The translations under genes were made by a program, and so were the position numbers. A stretch of 64,000 nt of DNA from NCBI GenBank assembly GCA_038523235.1, contig JBCBJQ010000012.1, positions 35,307 through 99,306 on the forward strand, read 5' to 3'. This document shows positions 1-9,222 of the stretch, one piece after another. Position 1 is the first letter of the stretch, and every line of letters begins with the position of its first letter. The notes under the pieces were generated by a model. The model did not search any database and was not told where the DNA came from. It saw only the letters and a list, made by a program, of their open reading frames with translations. The DNA comes from Cyanobacteria bacterium J06626_4 (GTDB taxonomy: Bacteria > Cyanobacteriota > Cyanobacteriia > Phormidesmidales > Phormidesmidaceae).

Positions 1-2
1 TC

Positions 3-728
3 CTGGAACGAGCGGACAACCAGATTCAGCTGGTGGCGATCGCAAATCCTGACGCCCCGACGATCGCCGAAACGCTGGAAGCCGACTACTATGTCCTCGC
101 CGCTGACATTCCCGGCATTAAACAGCTGTTATCGCTATCAGCAGGACCGGTTGAAACGACCGTTGCTACGCAGGTCGATCAACTCCAGGTGGCTGATCCA
201 TTCGCGGTCGGCCGCTTTTGGTTTGACCGGGATTTTGACTGGGCACACAGCTGGTTTACCTCCCTGTCAGGCTATCGGCTCACCGACAGCATCACCCTCT
301 ATCACCGCATTCAAGAAGACTATATTGACTGGGCCGAGCGCACCGGCGGTAGCGTCGTTGAGCTGCATGCCTACTGCTACAAAGAAAAGGAATTTCCGAC
401 TCAGCAAGCCCTGTTGGAAACCTTTCAAACAGAGCTGTTCGAAATTGTGCCAGAACTGCAGGCAGCGACGCTGCTACACAAGCAGCTGGTCAACCAGAAA
501 AACTTCGCAGGCTTTCCTCCCGGCAGTTTTGACGATCGCCCCGAAACGACGACCCCCGCTGGTAATTTGCTGTTTGCCGGTGATTGGGTGAAAATGCCGT
601 TTCCCTGTGGGCTGATGGAACGGGCCGTTAGCAGTGGGCTACTGGCAGCCAATGCCATCCTGCAAAAAGAGGGGGCCCAGCGCCGACCGATTTTGTCCGT
701 CAATCCAGAAGGAATCTTGAAAATCTAG
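3..728 (+). CDS. C-terminal part (5' end outside the window) of an FAD-dependent carotenoid desaturase-family protein, CrtU/CruE-like
   Basis: Frame is open from the window edge. C-terminal 'NLLFAGDWVKMPFPCGLMERAVSSGLLAAN' motif is typical of amine-oxidase-fold carotenoid desaturases of the CrtU type. A Rieske oxygenase gene is adjacent. Confidence 0.7.
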   Translation: MERADNQIQLVAIANPDAPTIAETLEADYYVLAADIPGIKQLLSLSAGPVETTVATQVDQLQVADPFAVGRFWFDRDFDWAHSWFTSLSGYRLTDSITLYHRIQEDYIDWAERTGGSVVELHAYCYKEKEFPTQQALLETFQTELFEIVPELQAATLLHKQLVNQKNFAGFPPGSFDDRPETTTPAGNLLFAGDWVKMPFPCGLMERAVSSGLLAANAILQKEGAQRRPILSVNPEGILKI

Positions 729-871
729 CCGCTAGTCCTCTACTGCAGAAGTCACGCAGTCATTCAAGTTTTTCTGCTCCCTTGCTCCACTGCTCCCTAG
801 CTATCGGTAATAATCGATTACCAGGGTGTTTCCGCCTAGTTCTGCTGCCTGCTGTTGATGAGTCTCCCTCT

Positions 872-1963
872 ATGGTCGCTATTTCTACCTCAGTCACCGC
901 ATCCGCAACGCCAACGCCCAAAGACGTGCGATCGCTGGGCATTAATCCTCACCACTGGTATGCAGTGGCCCGCTCCAGCGAAGTAGTTGACCAGCCGCGA
1001 GCAGTGGTTCTTTGGGGCGACGCGATCGTGCTGTTTAGAGACGCGGCAGGTGAGATACAAGCGCTAGAAGATCGCTGCCCCCATCGACAGGTCAAGCTCA
1101 GTCAGGGTGAGGTCACCGAGGGCCAGATGGAATGCATCTATCACGGCTGGCGGTTTGACGCCGCCGGTCACTGTACCCATGTTCCTTACTTGGCTGACAA
1201 CCAAAAGCTGCCCAGCTGCAAGATCAAAACGTATCCCGTACAAGAGCGCGACGGCTTTGTTTGGCTGTTTCCCGGCGATCGCGATCGGCTAGCGACCACA
1301 AACCTTCAACCCCTAGCACTGCCCGAGTGGGATCATCTCAACTACATCGCTACCGTTTCAGTCATTGATGTAGCCGCCCACTACTCATTTCTGATCGAAA
1401 ACCTGATGGATATGTACCACGGGCGACTCCACGACGACTATCAGGCTTGGGCAGAACCGGTGCTGGCTGAGCTAACGGCAACATCAGAGCGGGTAGACGT
1501 GCTCTACAACGCGCAAAGCTACTACCGCATCGACAAAATTTGGTCGGTCTCACAGCTATTCTTTCCGTCCCTGCGCCGACTGCATCCCGAAGAGTTACGG
1601 GTGAGTTATGCCTACCCCAACTGGGTTTCGACCTTAGGGCAAGACTTCAAAATTTGCTGTCTATTCTGTCCCATCAGCCCAACGCAGACACGGGCTTACC
1701 TGATTCACTTCACGTCACTGCAGGCTTTTCATCGACTGCACAAGCTGCCCGTTGCTTTTCGTCGCTGGATCAAAGACAGCCTATTTGGCGCGGCCCAAAA
1801 AATGCTGGATGGCTTAGTCGAGCAAGATGTGTTGATGTTAGAACAAGAGCAAGCCGCCTACCGTCAAAATCCGGCCTACAAAGGTCCAGAACTCAATCGA
1901 GCACTCATCAGCGTTCAAGAACTCATTCGTCAACAAGCAACTGATTCCACAACTGAAGTTTAG
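872..1963 (+). CDS. Rieske non-heme iron oxygenase, alpha subunit (possible CruH-like carotenoid hydroxylase)
   Basis: Rieske motif CPH-x16-CIYH, mononuclear iron motif ENLMDMYHGRLH and distal EQD. ATG at 872 preferred over TTG at 782. Confidence 0.85.
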   Translation: MVAISTSVTASATPTPKDVRSLGINPHHWYAVARSSEVVDQPRAVVLWGDAIVLFRDAAGEIQALEDRCPHRQVKLSQGEVTEGQMECIYHGWRFDAAGHCTHVPYLADNQKLPSCKIKTYPVQERDGFVWLFPGDRDRLATTNLQPLALPEWDHLNYIATVSVIDVAAHYSFLIENLMDMYHGRLHDDYQAWAEPVLAELTATSERVDVLYNAQSYYRIDKIWSVSQLFFPSLRRLHPEELRVSYAYPNWVSTLGQDFKICCLFCPISPTQTRAYLIHFTSLQAFHRLHKLPVAFRRWIKDSLFGAAQKMLDGLVEQDVLMLEQEQAAYRQNPAYKGPELNRALISVQELIRQQATDSTTEV

Positions 1964-2248
1964 GGGGCGCGATCGCATCCTTTAAGTTGTCGATCAAGAT
2001 GTGTTGAAGAGAATGGAGCAGATGCATGACGGGCACGCAGCTGAGGCCAGTTGTATAGCAGAATGGGAATCCTGCTACATGCAGCCCACATCACAGGGCT
2101 GGTAGCACGATCGCCGGTGGCCCTGAATTGGTCAAGACAGCCTCTCTGGCCTGACGAAATCGTTCTCCAAACAGCGAGGGGGCAACCTGGCATCATGCCC
2201 CCTATAGGCATTCCTACCGCTTTAGGACGACCAGCGGCATCACTGCAT

Positions 2249-2878
2249 TCAATCAGAAAAATAGCTTTGTAGGTAGTTAAAGCAAAGCTTCTGTGTTTCC
2301 TGTACTAGGCGTTGCCGGAATGCTGGCGGCTGCCTCGACGCGATCCAGATCAAGTTGCCGATCGCCTTCACGAGCACAAACGCGATCGCTTCACAATCTT
2401 CTGGGCTGAAGGCACTATTCAGCTTGGTCAAGATCCCCGTCATCGTTTGAATCAACTGCTGATCACCGGCTTCCTCGGTTTCTGGCATGGTGGTGGTGAT
2501 TTCCACAAATACGGCACGATAGCCAGGGTTTTCCAGAAAGAAGGTATCCACTCCCTCAACTAGCTGCCGGACATATTCCGATAAGGGAAGCACCAGCATG
2601 GCCTCTGCTGCAAACACTTGCACCTGCTGGTCAAGCAAATCGGAATAGCGCTCTGCTAAAGCTTGCAAAATTGCCTCTTTATCAGGAAAAAACTGATACA
2701 GCGTCCCGATGGGCACTTCGGCAATTGCCGCAATCTCTTTGGTGGTGGCAGCGGCATATCCCTGCTCGATAAAGATGGCTTCAGCCACATCCAAAATCCG
2801 ATTCACTCGCTCTAAACTGCGAGCCTGCTTGGGTTTGCGCCACTTGCGCGCGATCGCTGGCGTCGCTTGCTCAACCAT
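2249..2878 (-). CDS. TetR/AcrR family transcriptional regulator
   Basis: N-terminal HTH 'RILDVAEAIFIEQGYAAATTKEIAAIAEVPIGTLYQFFPDKEAIL'. Confidence 0.95.
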   Translation of the reverse strand: MVEQATPAIARKWRKPKQARSLERVNRILDVAEAIFIEQGYAAATTKEIAAIAEVPIGTLYQFFPDKEAILQALAERYSDLLDQQVQVFAAEAMLVLPLSEYVRQLVEGVDTFFLENPGYRAVFVEITTTMPETEEAGDQQLIQTMTGILTKLNSAFSPEDCEAIAFVLVKAIGNLIWIASRQPPAFRQRLVQETQKLCFNYLQSYFSD

Positions 2879-2893
2879 TTAGTCCACTTCCCC

Positions 2894-2945
2894 TTGACAC
2901 AACATGAGTGATGCTCATATATTTTACAACATGAGCTTCGCTCGT
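2894..2945 (+). promoter_or_regulatory. Sigma70-type promoter overlapped by two ATGAG-N5-CTCAT-type operators
   Basis: TTGACA at 2894-2899 and TATATT at 2918-2923. Palindromes ATGAG-TGATG-CTCAT (2904-2918) and ATGAG-CTTCG-CTCGT (2931-2945) lie directly upstream of tetR. Confidence 0.7.
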
Positions 2946-3084
2946 CTTTTCGTTTAGCAGGATATCGCAATGCCACATTCTCGGCAGCTCCGTATGAATC
3001 GATTGGGTCATTTGCGATTGACGTTTACGAAGCAACTCATTACTCGCCTGCGTACCGCTCGCAATCAATCATTAATGGGATTTC

Positions 3085-4047
3085 ATGAATTATCCAACAG
3101 TTACCTCCTCATCGATGACTTCTCTACCAGCTCCGATGTCCGACCAGCCCCTGCTGCATGTGCTCTCTCACCCGACTCAGACACCTCAGGAGATCCTTGA
3201 TTTAGCGGTACAGGGCAGACAGGGACAAGAACTGGCAAGAGCCGAGATCGAACTGAGAAAAGTCACGAAAGCGCTCTCCACCCTAGCCGGTGGCACCTTT
3301 AACGATCCGGTGATGCTTGCCGCCCTGTCCTTGCCCAGCCAAGCTGATGCTGTGCTTTGGGTGGCTTACATGCTGTTTGATCAAGCCCAACCAGCCCACA
3401 CTCCAGGGTATTCCATCCATAAGCGCCAGCGAGACTGTCGGACGCTTTTAGATGCCTTGAGCCAGATCAAAATAGGCCAGTGGTATGAGGCGATGGTCAC
3501 CCCCAGCCACTATGGTTCAGGCTGCCAGGGGCTGCAGTTTCCAGCGATGCACCCGCAACCCAATGGTCTGTATCGCCAACATCTCCTGCCTCGCTGGAAA
3601 AGCACCTATTACCCAGTTGACAGCTACTTTACGTATCTCTTTGAAGAGCGCAAAAGAGAATTTCTCCACATTTTGGCCGACTTAGGGGCGACAAACATCA
3701 CTCTTCAGCCCTCTGAGCAGACCGATCTTGCCAATCGTTCTCTGACTGCGCAGGTGTGGGAATTTCCCGGAAAATCCTGGTCTAGCACTCGAGTCTTTAA
3801 CCCGTCGCGATATGCCTGGCTGACCTACGACCAGCAACTAGACTCCCTCGTTAACAACCGGCTCAGTCATGGTCTCAACAAAGTCCAGTTTGAGATTAAC
3901 CTCGACGTTGATCAGATTTTATCTAATCGATTTAGCGAAATTAAGACTTTCCTAAATCAGATGGAATCGCTCGATGTCGCCGCGATGACGACGCTGCTGC
4001 AACAGTCCTTGCGGCCGTACAGGGTGAACGCTGAGTTTGCTGTTTAA
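3085..4047 (+). CDS. Conserved-looking hypothetical protein
   Basis: 320-aa ORF divergent from tetR, with motif 'QFPAMHPQPNGLYRQH...LFEERKREFLHILADLGATNITL'. Confidence 0.7.
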   Translation: MNYPTVTSSSMTSLPAPMSDQPLLHVLSHPTQTPQEILDLAVQGRQGQELARAEIELRKVTKALSTLAGGTFNDPVMLAALSLPSQADAVLWVAYMLFDQAQPAHTPGYSIHKRQRDCRTLLDALSQIKIGQWYEAMVTPSHYGSGCQGLQFPAMHPQPNGLYRQHLLPRWKSTYYPVDSYFTYLFEERKREFLHILADLGATNITLQPSEQTDLANRSLTAQVWEFPGKSWSSTRVFNPSRYAWLTYDQQLDSLVNNRLSHGLNKVQFEINLDVDQILSNRFSEIKTFLNQMESLDVAAMTTLLQQSLRPYRVNAEFAV

Positions 4048-4178
4048 GACTGATATGTAAACGCTGCTTTTAGCAGACTGGCAACGTGGCGTGGCAATCA
4101 AGAATGAACAGATTTAAGCAAGCCTAACGCTGCCAGACCTTGCAAAACATAGATTTTTTCAGGCATAAGCAACACCTG

Positions 4179-4222
4179 AAACGCTTTGAAGACGTTTTAG
4201 AGACAGTTTTGAGACGTTTTAG
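4179..4222 (+). promoter_or_regulatory. Four phased 11-bp direct repeats upstream of the RND operon
   Basis: AAACGCTTTGA / AGACGTTTTAG / AGACAGTTTTG / AGACGTTTTAG. Confidence 0.55.
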
Positions 4223-4300
4223 ACACGCCACTCCCTGAAGTTGTCTGGCGATGGCGCTAGCGGGTAATTGACCTTCCATTGTTGTCTGGAGACCCTGTTT

Positions 4301-5818
4301 ATGAACGCTGAACATCCTCGTTTCCCAGCATCTATGATGCCTCAGACCTCCCCTACCGCAGCAAGTTCACACCCTTCGGAGCCGGCTCCACAACCCCCAG
4401 AGCCGGCTCCACAAACTCCAGAACATGTCCCAGAATCAGCCCCGGCTGAGCGGCCACCGGGCAAGTCTGCCTGGCCGGTGATTGCTCTGATCATGCTGGT
4501 GATCGCTGGGTTGGTGGGTTGGCGCATCTATACCGGACTCACCGCTGCGCCCGCAGATGAAACCACAGAGACCGCCCCCCAAGGCCGTCTCCCCGTTCAG
4601 GTAACCCGCGCTGAAACTGGCTTGGCCCAGGGGTGGGTCTTCGATGAAGGCACATCATTGCCGGTTCGGTTACGGGTGCTCAACTTCTACGCCAATGGCG
4701 ATATTACCTATGTGGCCAAAATCAACGGGGTAGGACTGCGGGAGGGTGATTTCGTTACCCAAGGGCAGCTGCTAGCCACCATTGATGACCGCCGCCAAAG
4801 CTCTAGCATTGAGACCGCCAACGCCGATATTCAAGTCGCGATTAACCAGCGCGACCAATCAGAGGCAGCCCGGCTACAGGCCCAAGCCGATTTAGAGCGG
4901 GCTGAATCTGACCTCGCGCTAGCCCAAACCGAACTGCAGCGTTATCAATCCCTATTTGAGCAGGGGGCAGTGGCGGAGAGCGATCGCGACGCCTATCGCA
5001 ATCGCGTTGATCAGGCCCAAGCTGCCCTCAAAACGGCCCAGCAGAGCGTCCGTTCAGCGACGGATGGCGTTAGTTCAGCGGAGTCGGCCATCACGGCTGC
5101 TCAGGCCCGCCGCAATCAAGTCAACGTAGACCTCGAAGACACACAACTCATTGCCCCCATTGATGGCGTGATTGCCTACATGAACATTCAAGAGGGCGAA
5201 TACTGGAGCACCCAATACCTCGATACCAGCGATCCGCAAGCGGTGACGGAAACAGCCCCGATCGTGGTCGTTGACCCGGCCACCTATGAAGTCGAGTTAG
5301 AAATTCAAGCCGATGACGCGAACTTAGTCCGCCCGGGCCAGCGCGCTTACGTGGTGTTAGAAGAAGCCGTGAGTACGGCCCAAGCCAGTGGGGCCAATCA
5401 GCCCGATCTGCTAGGGATTGCCCAGCAGCAGGGCAGTCAAGGCCAGGTTTTTTCTGTGAGTCCGTCCCAAACACCGGGGGGACGGGGCACGAAGGTGTCG
5501 ATTCGAGATTTTCAACAGGTGCGCAATCTGAAGGTCGGGGCGCGAGTTTACGTCTGGATTGAAACGGTGGCCAAACCCGATGCCGTATTAGTGCCCCTCG
5601 GTGCGGTTTTGGTGCGAGGTCAGGAGTCCCATGTATTTGTGGTCAATCAGGCAGATGGAACCGTGCAGCAGCGCCGGGTCGATCAGGGGGTAGAAGGCAC
5701 CGCCGGGGTAGAAATTCTCTCGGGGGTGCAACCGGGTGAACTGATTGTCATTGAGGGTCAAAACCGCTTAGTAGATGGCAGCCCCGTTGAAGTCATCACA
5801 CAGGAGAACGGACAATGA
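4301..5818 (+). CDS. RND efflux periplasmic adaptor (membrane fusion protein)
   Basis: Single N-terminal TM helix, lipoyl half-motifs (REGDFVTQGQLLATID; LIAPIDGVI), long alpha-hairpin and C-terminal 'VEILSGVQPGELIVIEGQNRLVDG'. Stop overlaps the next ATG. Start uncertain (4268/4301/4334). Confidence 0.92.
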   Translation: MNAEHPRFPASMMPQTSPTAASSHPSEPAPQPPEPAPQTPEHVPESAPAERPPGKSAWPVIALIMLVIAGLVGWRIYTGLTAAPADETTETAPQGRLPVQVTRAETGLAQGWVFDEGTSLPVRLRVLNFYANGDITYVAKINGVGLREGDFVTQGQLLATIDDRRQSSSIETANADIQVAINQRDQSEAARLQAQADLERAESDLALAQTELQRYQSLFEQGAVAESDRDAYRNRVDQAQAALKTAQQSVRSATDGVSSAESAITAAQARRNQVNVDLEDTQLIAPIDGVIAYMNIQEGEYWSTQYLDTSDPQAVTETAPIVVVDPATYEVELEIQADDANLVRPGQRAYVVLEEAVSTAQASGANQPDLLGIAQQQGSQGQVFSVSPSQTPGGRGTKVSIRDFQQVRNLKVGARVYVWIETVAKPDAVLVPLGAVLVRGQESHVFVVNQADGTVQQRRVDQGVEGTAGVEILSGVQPGELIVIEGQNRLVDGSPVEVITQENGQ

Positions 5819-8800
5819 ACCCACAGACAGCGTCTCCGCTTGAGCCCGATCGCCAATCACCAGAGACCCACGCTGACGGTCAATCGGCCCATCAGTCTAC
5901 GCCCCCCGCTGGTCGCACCAAGCCGGTACCGACTTGGATGACGTTCTTTTTCACCCGGCAGATTTTCGCCATGCTCCTGTGCTTCCTGTTGCTGATGGGC
6001 GGGTTGATGGGATATTTCTCCATGGTGAAGGAGGGCGACCCGGATATCAAAATTGCCCGCGCACTGATCACTACTGTGTGGCCTGGCACCGATGCCGAAA
6101 CCCTCGAGAATCAGGTGACTGACAAGATCGAGACGGAAATCAAGAGTCTCCAAGGCTTAGACGACTTTACCAGCGCCACCTTTAATTCATTTTCGATTAT
6201 TAACGTGGCGTTTAAGGCGGAATCACCGGTCGCGGAGTCGATTCAACAGCTGCGCGGCAAACTCGACGATGCGGAGCCCGAACTGCCGTTGGAGGCTACC
6301 GGGCGAGAAAAACCCGAATTTGAGCAGCTGTCACAGCAAGATGCCCCAGTTCTTTCCCTGGCGTTGATCGGGGACGAGCTGAATATTACCCTGCTGAGCC
6401 AGGTGGCTGAAGACTTACAGGAGCAGCTCGAGTCCGTCCAAAATGTGCGAGAGGTGAACTTGTCGGGACGGCGAGACGATGTCATTCATGTGCAGATGCA
6501 GCCCAGTCGATTGACCACTCTGGGCATCGCGGCGACCCAGGTGAGTAACGCCATTGAGGGCGGCAACATCGACACCTCTTGGGATCTGGTGCGCGATGAC
6601 GAAATCGGTGCTCAAGTTCGCCTTTATGGTCGCTTTCGCACCCTCGCAGATTTAAAGAATTTGCCGGTGGCTCGCCTCAATGACGCTCGCCTGGTGCGGT
6701 TGGCCGAAGTGGCTGACGTCTATCAGGGGCTAGAGCGAGAAACGAATCGCGCTGATGTGAGCTGGCAGGGCGATGACTTTGAAGCCACAGTGACGCTGGA
6801 TGTAGTCAAGGTGCCCGGCAGCGACACGAGTCAAGTGGTGGCCGATGCGATCGCCACGATGGAAGCCGCCCGCAGCGACCCAGAACTCTGGCCCTACGGC
6901 CTGGACTACCGCATTCTCAACAACGATGCCCAAAAGATCCGCAATGAACTGAACAATCTGGGCAGTAACGTTTTGCAGGCATCATTCTGTGTGTTTGCCA
7001 TTTTGTTTGTGGCCCTGACCTGGCGTGAAGCCCTGATTGCGGGGTTAGCTATTCCCCTCACCTTTGCAGGCGCGACGTTTGTGCTTTGGGCCCTGGGATA
7101 CACCCTCAACAGCATGGTCATGATCGGCATGATTTTGGCCCTGGGGCTACTCGTTGATGTATTTATTCTGATGCTGGAGGGCATGCATGATGGCATCTAC
7201 AACCAGGGACTGAGCTTTGCGGCAGCGGCGATTAAAACCGTGAAAACCTATGCCGCGCCGTCATTTTCGGGCCAATTGACCACTATTTTAGCGATGGCTC
7301 CCTTGATGGCGATCGCCGGCACCATGGGCAAATTTGTGCGCCTGATTCCCATCAGTGCCATTACCTGCCTGGTGCTGAGCTATGTCGTGGCGCTGTTAAT
7401 CGTTGTCCCCTTATCCAAGTTTTTAATGGATCGGGGACAACCCCCCGAACAGCGCCAAACCTTTATGGATCGCCTGACCGAGAAAATATCGGCTCAGTTC
7501 ACGCAGTGGAGTTTAAAGACGACGGTTCCCAATCGCCACGTGGCGCGGTGGTGGACCGCCGGTACCCTAACGCTATTTGTGTGCGCCATTGTCTTGTTTA
7601 CGCAGCTGCCGTTTGCGTTGTTCCCAGATACCGAAGGCCGCAAGTTGAGTATCAATGTCGAGTTGCCGCCTGCCGCCACCTTGACCCGTTCTCAAGAAGT
7701 CGCCGATCGCATCGGTGACCGGCTGCGCCATTACCCCGACCCTGACGGAGCAACCGTTTTTGCCAATGTGGTCAAACTGGTCGGGCAGCGCAGCAATTTG
7801 GTCGCATCTAGTGAAATTAAGCCCGTCAACGCCGATTACTTTGTCGGCTTATCGGCCCTATTCGTGCCGCGATCGCAGCGCCAGCGCGACTCCTTTGAGT
7901 ACGTCCGCGACCTGCGGCAAGAACTGAACGACACCATCATTCGAGACTATCCGGGGGCGATTTTAGCGGTGCAGTACGAGCGCACCGGCGGCGGGGAAGA
8001 CCCGATTCAAGTGGAACTCTACGGGGAAAACCTGCAGACCTTACGAGACATCTCAGCTCAAGTACAGCAGGCGCTCCGAGAGATTCCCGGCACGATGGAT
8101 GTGCGTGATGATCTGGGCAATTTGCGTGAGGATTACAAACTGGTGCCAAAACGCGAAGCCCTCGATTTCTATGGCCTCAGCTCAGCCGACTTAGGCGGCC
8201 AAGGCCGGTATCTGATGATCGATAACGACGTGGGCGACTTTTCCGTTGGCAGCGGCGAAGAAGACTTAGAAATTCGGCTGAGTACCCAGTGGCCCTCACG
8301 TCAGGGCGATATTGGTGGGCCTTCCCGACTAGATGAATTTGCCACGATCCGGTTTGTGACGCCCAGCGGTGAAGCGCTGCCCGCCGAGGCCTTGTTAGAG
8401 CCGGTACCGGGAGCGGTGCCGTTGTCGATCACCCATCGCAATACGGAGCGCAGCGTCACCGTCCTCGCCAAAGTGATGCCGGGGCAGGGTTATTTTGACA
8501 GCGAAATCTTAACCCAGCTGGAGCCTCAGTTGGCGGCCATGCAGTATGACCCAGCGGATGTCGATAATCCCGCCCGCTGGCCGCGGGGATATACCTATCG
8601 ATTTGGCGGTGACGCTGACACCAGTAGTGAAACGTTTGGCTCTGCCGGGCAGATGTTGGTGGTCGCGATCTTTCTCGTGTTTTCGGTACTGGTGCTGCAG
8701 TTTGGCTCCTACACTCAGCCCGTGATCATCATCCTGACCATTCCCTTTGCGCTTATTGGCACAATTTTTGGCTACGTCTTGCTCAATCTACCGTTCTCTT

Positions 8801-9132
8801 TTCCGGCGGCGATTGGCATTATTTCCCTCACCGGCATCGTGGTCAACAATGCCATCGTCATGGTGGACACCATGAACGAACGCCGCCGCCAAGGCTATGA
8901 CGTGCGCCATGCCGCGGCCCTCGGAGCCAGCGATCGCCTGCGCCCCATCGTGACCACCTCCTTTACCACCGTCATCGGGCTCTTACCCCTGGCGCTGAGC
9001 GATGCCAAATGGTTTCCCCTCTGCATGGCGATTATTTTCGGCCTGCTTTCTGCCACGCTCATTGCCTTGCTGGTCGTCCCCGGACTGTATTTGCAACTTA
9101 CTCCTCAAACAGTCACCCCCGAGGGTTCTTAA
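5815..9132 (+). CDS. RND efflux transporter permease (AcrB/AcrD/AcrF family)
   Basis: 1105 aa with two large periplasmic loops; 'LALGLLVDVFI', 'GIVVNNAIVMVD' and 'RLRPIVTTSFTTVIGLLPL'. Confidence 0.95.
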   Translation: MNPQTASPLEPDRQSPETHADGQSAHQSTPPAGRTKPVPTWMTFFFTRQIFAMLLCFLLLMGGLMGYFSMVKEGDPDIKIARALITTVWPGTDAETLENQVTDKIETEIKSLQGLDDFTSATFNSFSIINVAFKAESPVAESIQQLRGKLDDAEPELPLEATGREKPEFEQLSQQDAPVLSLALIGDELNITLLSQVAEDLQEQLESVQNVREVNLSGRRDDVIHVQMQPSRLTTLGIAATQVSNAIEGGNIDTSWDLVRDDEIGAQVRLYGRFRTLADLKNLPVARLNDARLVRLAEVADVYQGLERETNRADVSWQGDDFEATVTLDVVKVPGSDTSQVVADAIATMEAARSDPELWPYGLDYRILNNDAQKIRNELNNLGSNVLQASFCVFAILFVALTWREALIAGLAIPLTFAGATFVLWALGYTLNSMVMIGMILALGLLVDVFILMLEGMHDGIYNQGLSFAAAAIKTVKTYAAPSFSGQLTTILAMAPLMAIAGTMGKFVRLIPISAITCLVLSYVVALLIVVPLSKFLMDRGQPPEQRQTFMDRLTEKISAQFTQWSLKTTVPNRHVARWWTAGTLTLFVCAIVLFTQLPFALFPDTEGRKLSINVELPPAATLTRSQEVADRIGDRLRHYPDPDGATVFANVVKLVGQRSNLVASSEIKPVNADYFVGLSALFVPRSQRQRDSFEYVRDLRQELNDTIIRDYPGAILAVQYERTGGGEDPIQVELYGENLQTLRDISAQVQQALREIPGTMDVRDDLGNLREDYKLVPKREALDFYGLSSADLGGQGRYLMIDNDVGDFSVGSGEEDLEIRLSTQWPSRQGDIGGPSRLDEFATIRFVTPSGEALPAEALLEPVPGAVPLSITHRNTERSVTVLAKVMPGQGYFDSEILTQLEPQLAAMQYDPADVDNPARWPRGYTYRFGGDADTSSETFGSAGQMLVVAIFLVFSVLVLQFGSYTQPVIIILTIPFALIGTIFGYVLLNLPFSFPAAIGIISLTGIVVNNAIVMVDTMNERRRQGYDVRHAAALGASDRLRPIVTTSFTTVIGLLPLALSDAKWFPLCMAIIFGLLSATLIALLVVPGLYLQLTPQTVTPEGS

Positions 9133-9222
9133 CGCCCATTCAGATTGCATTTGAACGCCCATCATCAGTCCAGAGCCCTGGCTGGTGGGCCCTTGATTCA
9201 CCCTTAATACCCAACTTCCAAC

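Noticed and set aside
4379..4422. 21-bp tandem repeat in the adaptor gene 5' end
   Set aside because: Encodes a low-complexity EPAPQ(P/T)P linker; ordinary slippage duplication
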